DNA of 64,000 nucleotides from Narcine bancroftii (taxonomy: Eukaryota): the NCBI RefSeq assembly GCF_036971445.1, contig NC_091480.1, forward strand, positions 99,634,001 to 99,698,000. The letters run 5' to 3'. This document shows positions 63,705-64,000 of this stretch, piece after piece. The number at the start of each line of letters is the position of its first letter. Position 1 is the stretch's first letter. Both the position numbers and the translations under genes were made by a program. Below the pieces are notes generated by a model. That model was given only the letters and a program-made list of their open reading frames with translations, had not been told where the DNA came from and did not search any database.

Positions 63705-64000
63705 CACCCCCCCACCCCCCCGACCCGGTCCCCACCCCCCCGACCCGGTCCCCACCCCCCCGACCCGGTCCCCACCCCCCCGACCCGGTCCCCACCCCCC
63801 CGACCCGGTCCCCACCCCCCCGACCCGGTCCCCACCCCCCCGACCCGGTCCCCACCCCCCCCCCGACCCGGTCTCCCCCCCACCCCCCGACCCGGTCCCC
63901 ACCCCCCCCCCGACCCGGTCTCCCCCCCCCCCCCGACCCGGTCTCCCCCCCCCCCCCGACCCGGTCCCCACCCCCCCCCCCCCGACCCGGTCCACACCCC
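63705..64000. repeat. C-rich ~20-bp minisatellite (ccccccgacccggtccccac), runs off the window edge
   Basis: Tandem units directly visible; G4 potential on the minus strand. Confidence 0.92.

Overview
Eukaryotic (vertebrate) genomic DNA, most likely a cartilaginous fish (shark/ray; inferred from the V-SINE/HE1-like, CR1, Rex/Babar, Penelope and L1 repeat content). Two complete spliced genes lie in tandem on the + strand, assembled by hand from GT-AG junctions with consistent phases. TACO1 has 5 coding exons (2427-14603, 927 nt, 308 aa). DCAF7/WDR68 has 6 coding exons (19439-43390, 1029 nt, 342 aa) and a probable ~6.4 kb 3' UTR. There are three CpG-island promoters (~480-720, ~18840-19780, ~63100-63700); the last probably starts an unidentified third gene and the first may be bidirectional. 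The rest is mostly transposon debris: a near full-length L1 with a nested CR1, a second L1, a young RTE, Penelope fragments with hammerhead-like ends, a solo LTR, hAT MITEs and a Chapaev3 derivative, plus many minisatellites. Three observations stand out: (1) a 56-bp minisatellite that forms a ~15-copy, uni-directional array of extended CTCF-like motifs downstream of DCAF7; (2) a 2.7-kb minisatellite starting at the DCAF7 exon 3 donor with four YCAY (Nova-type) motifs per unit; (3) an inverted duplication that brackets TACO1 exon 3. No prokaryotic features are supported. Repeat boundaries are approximate and family names come from motif recognition, not database searches.
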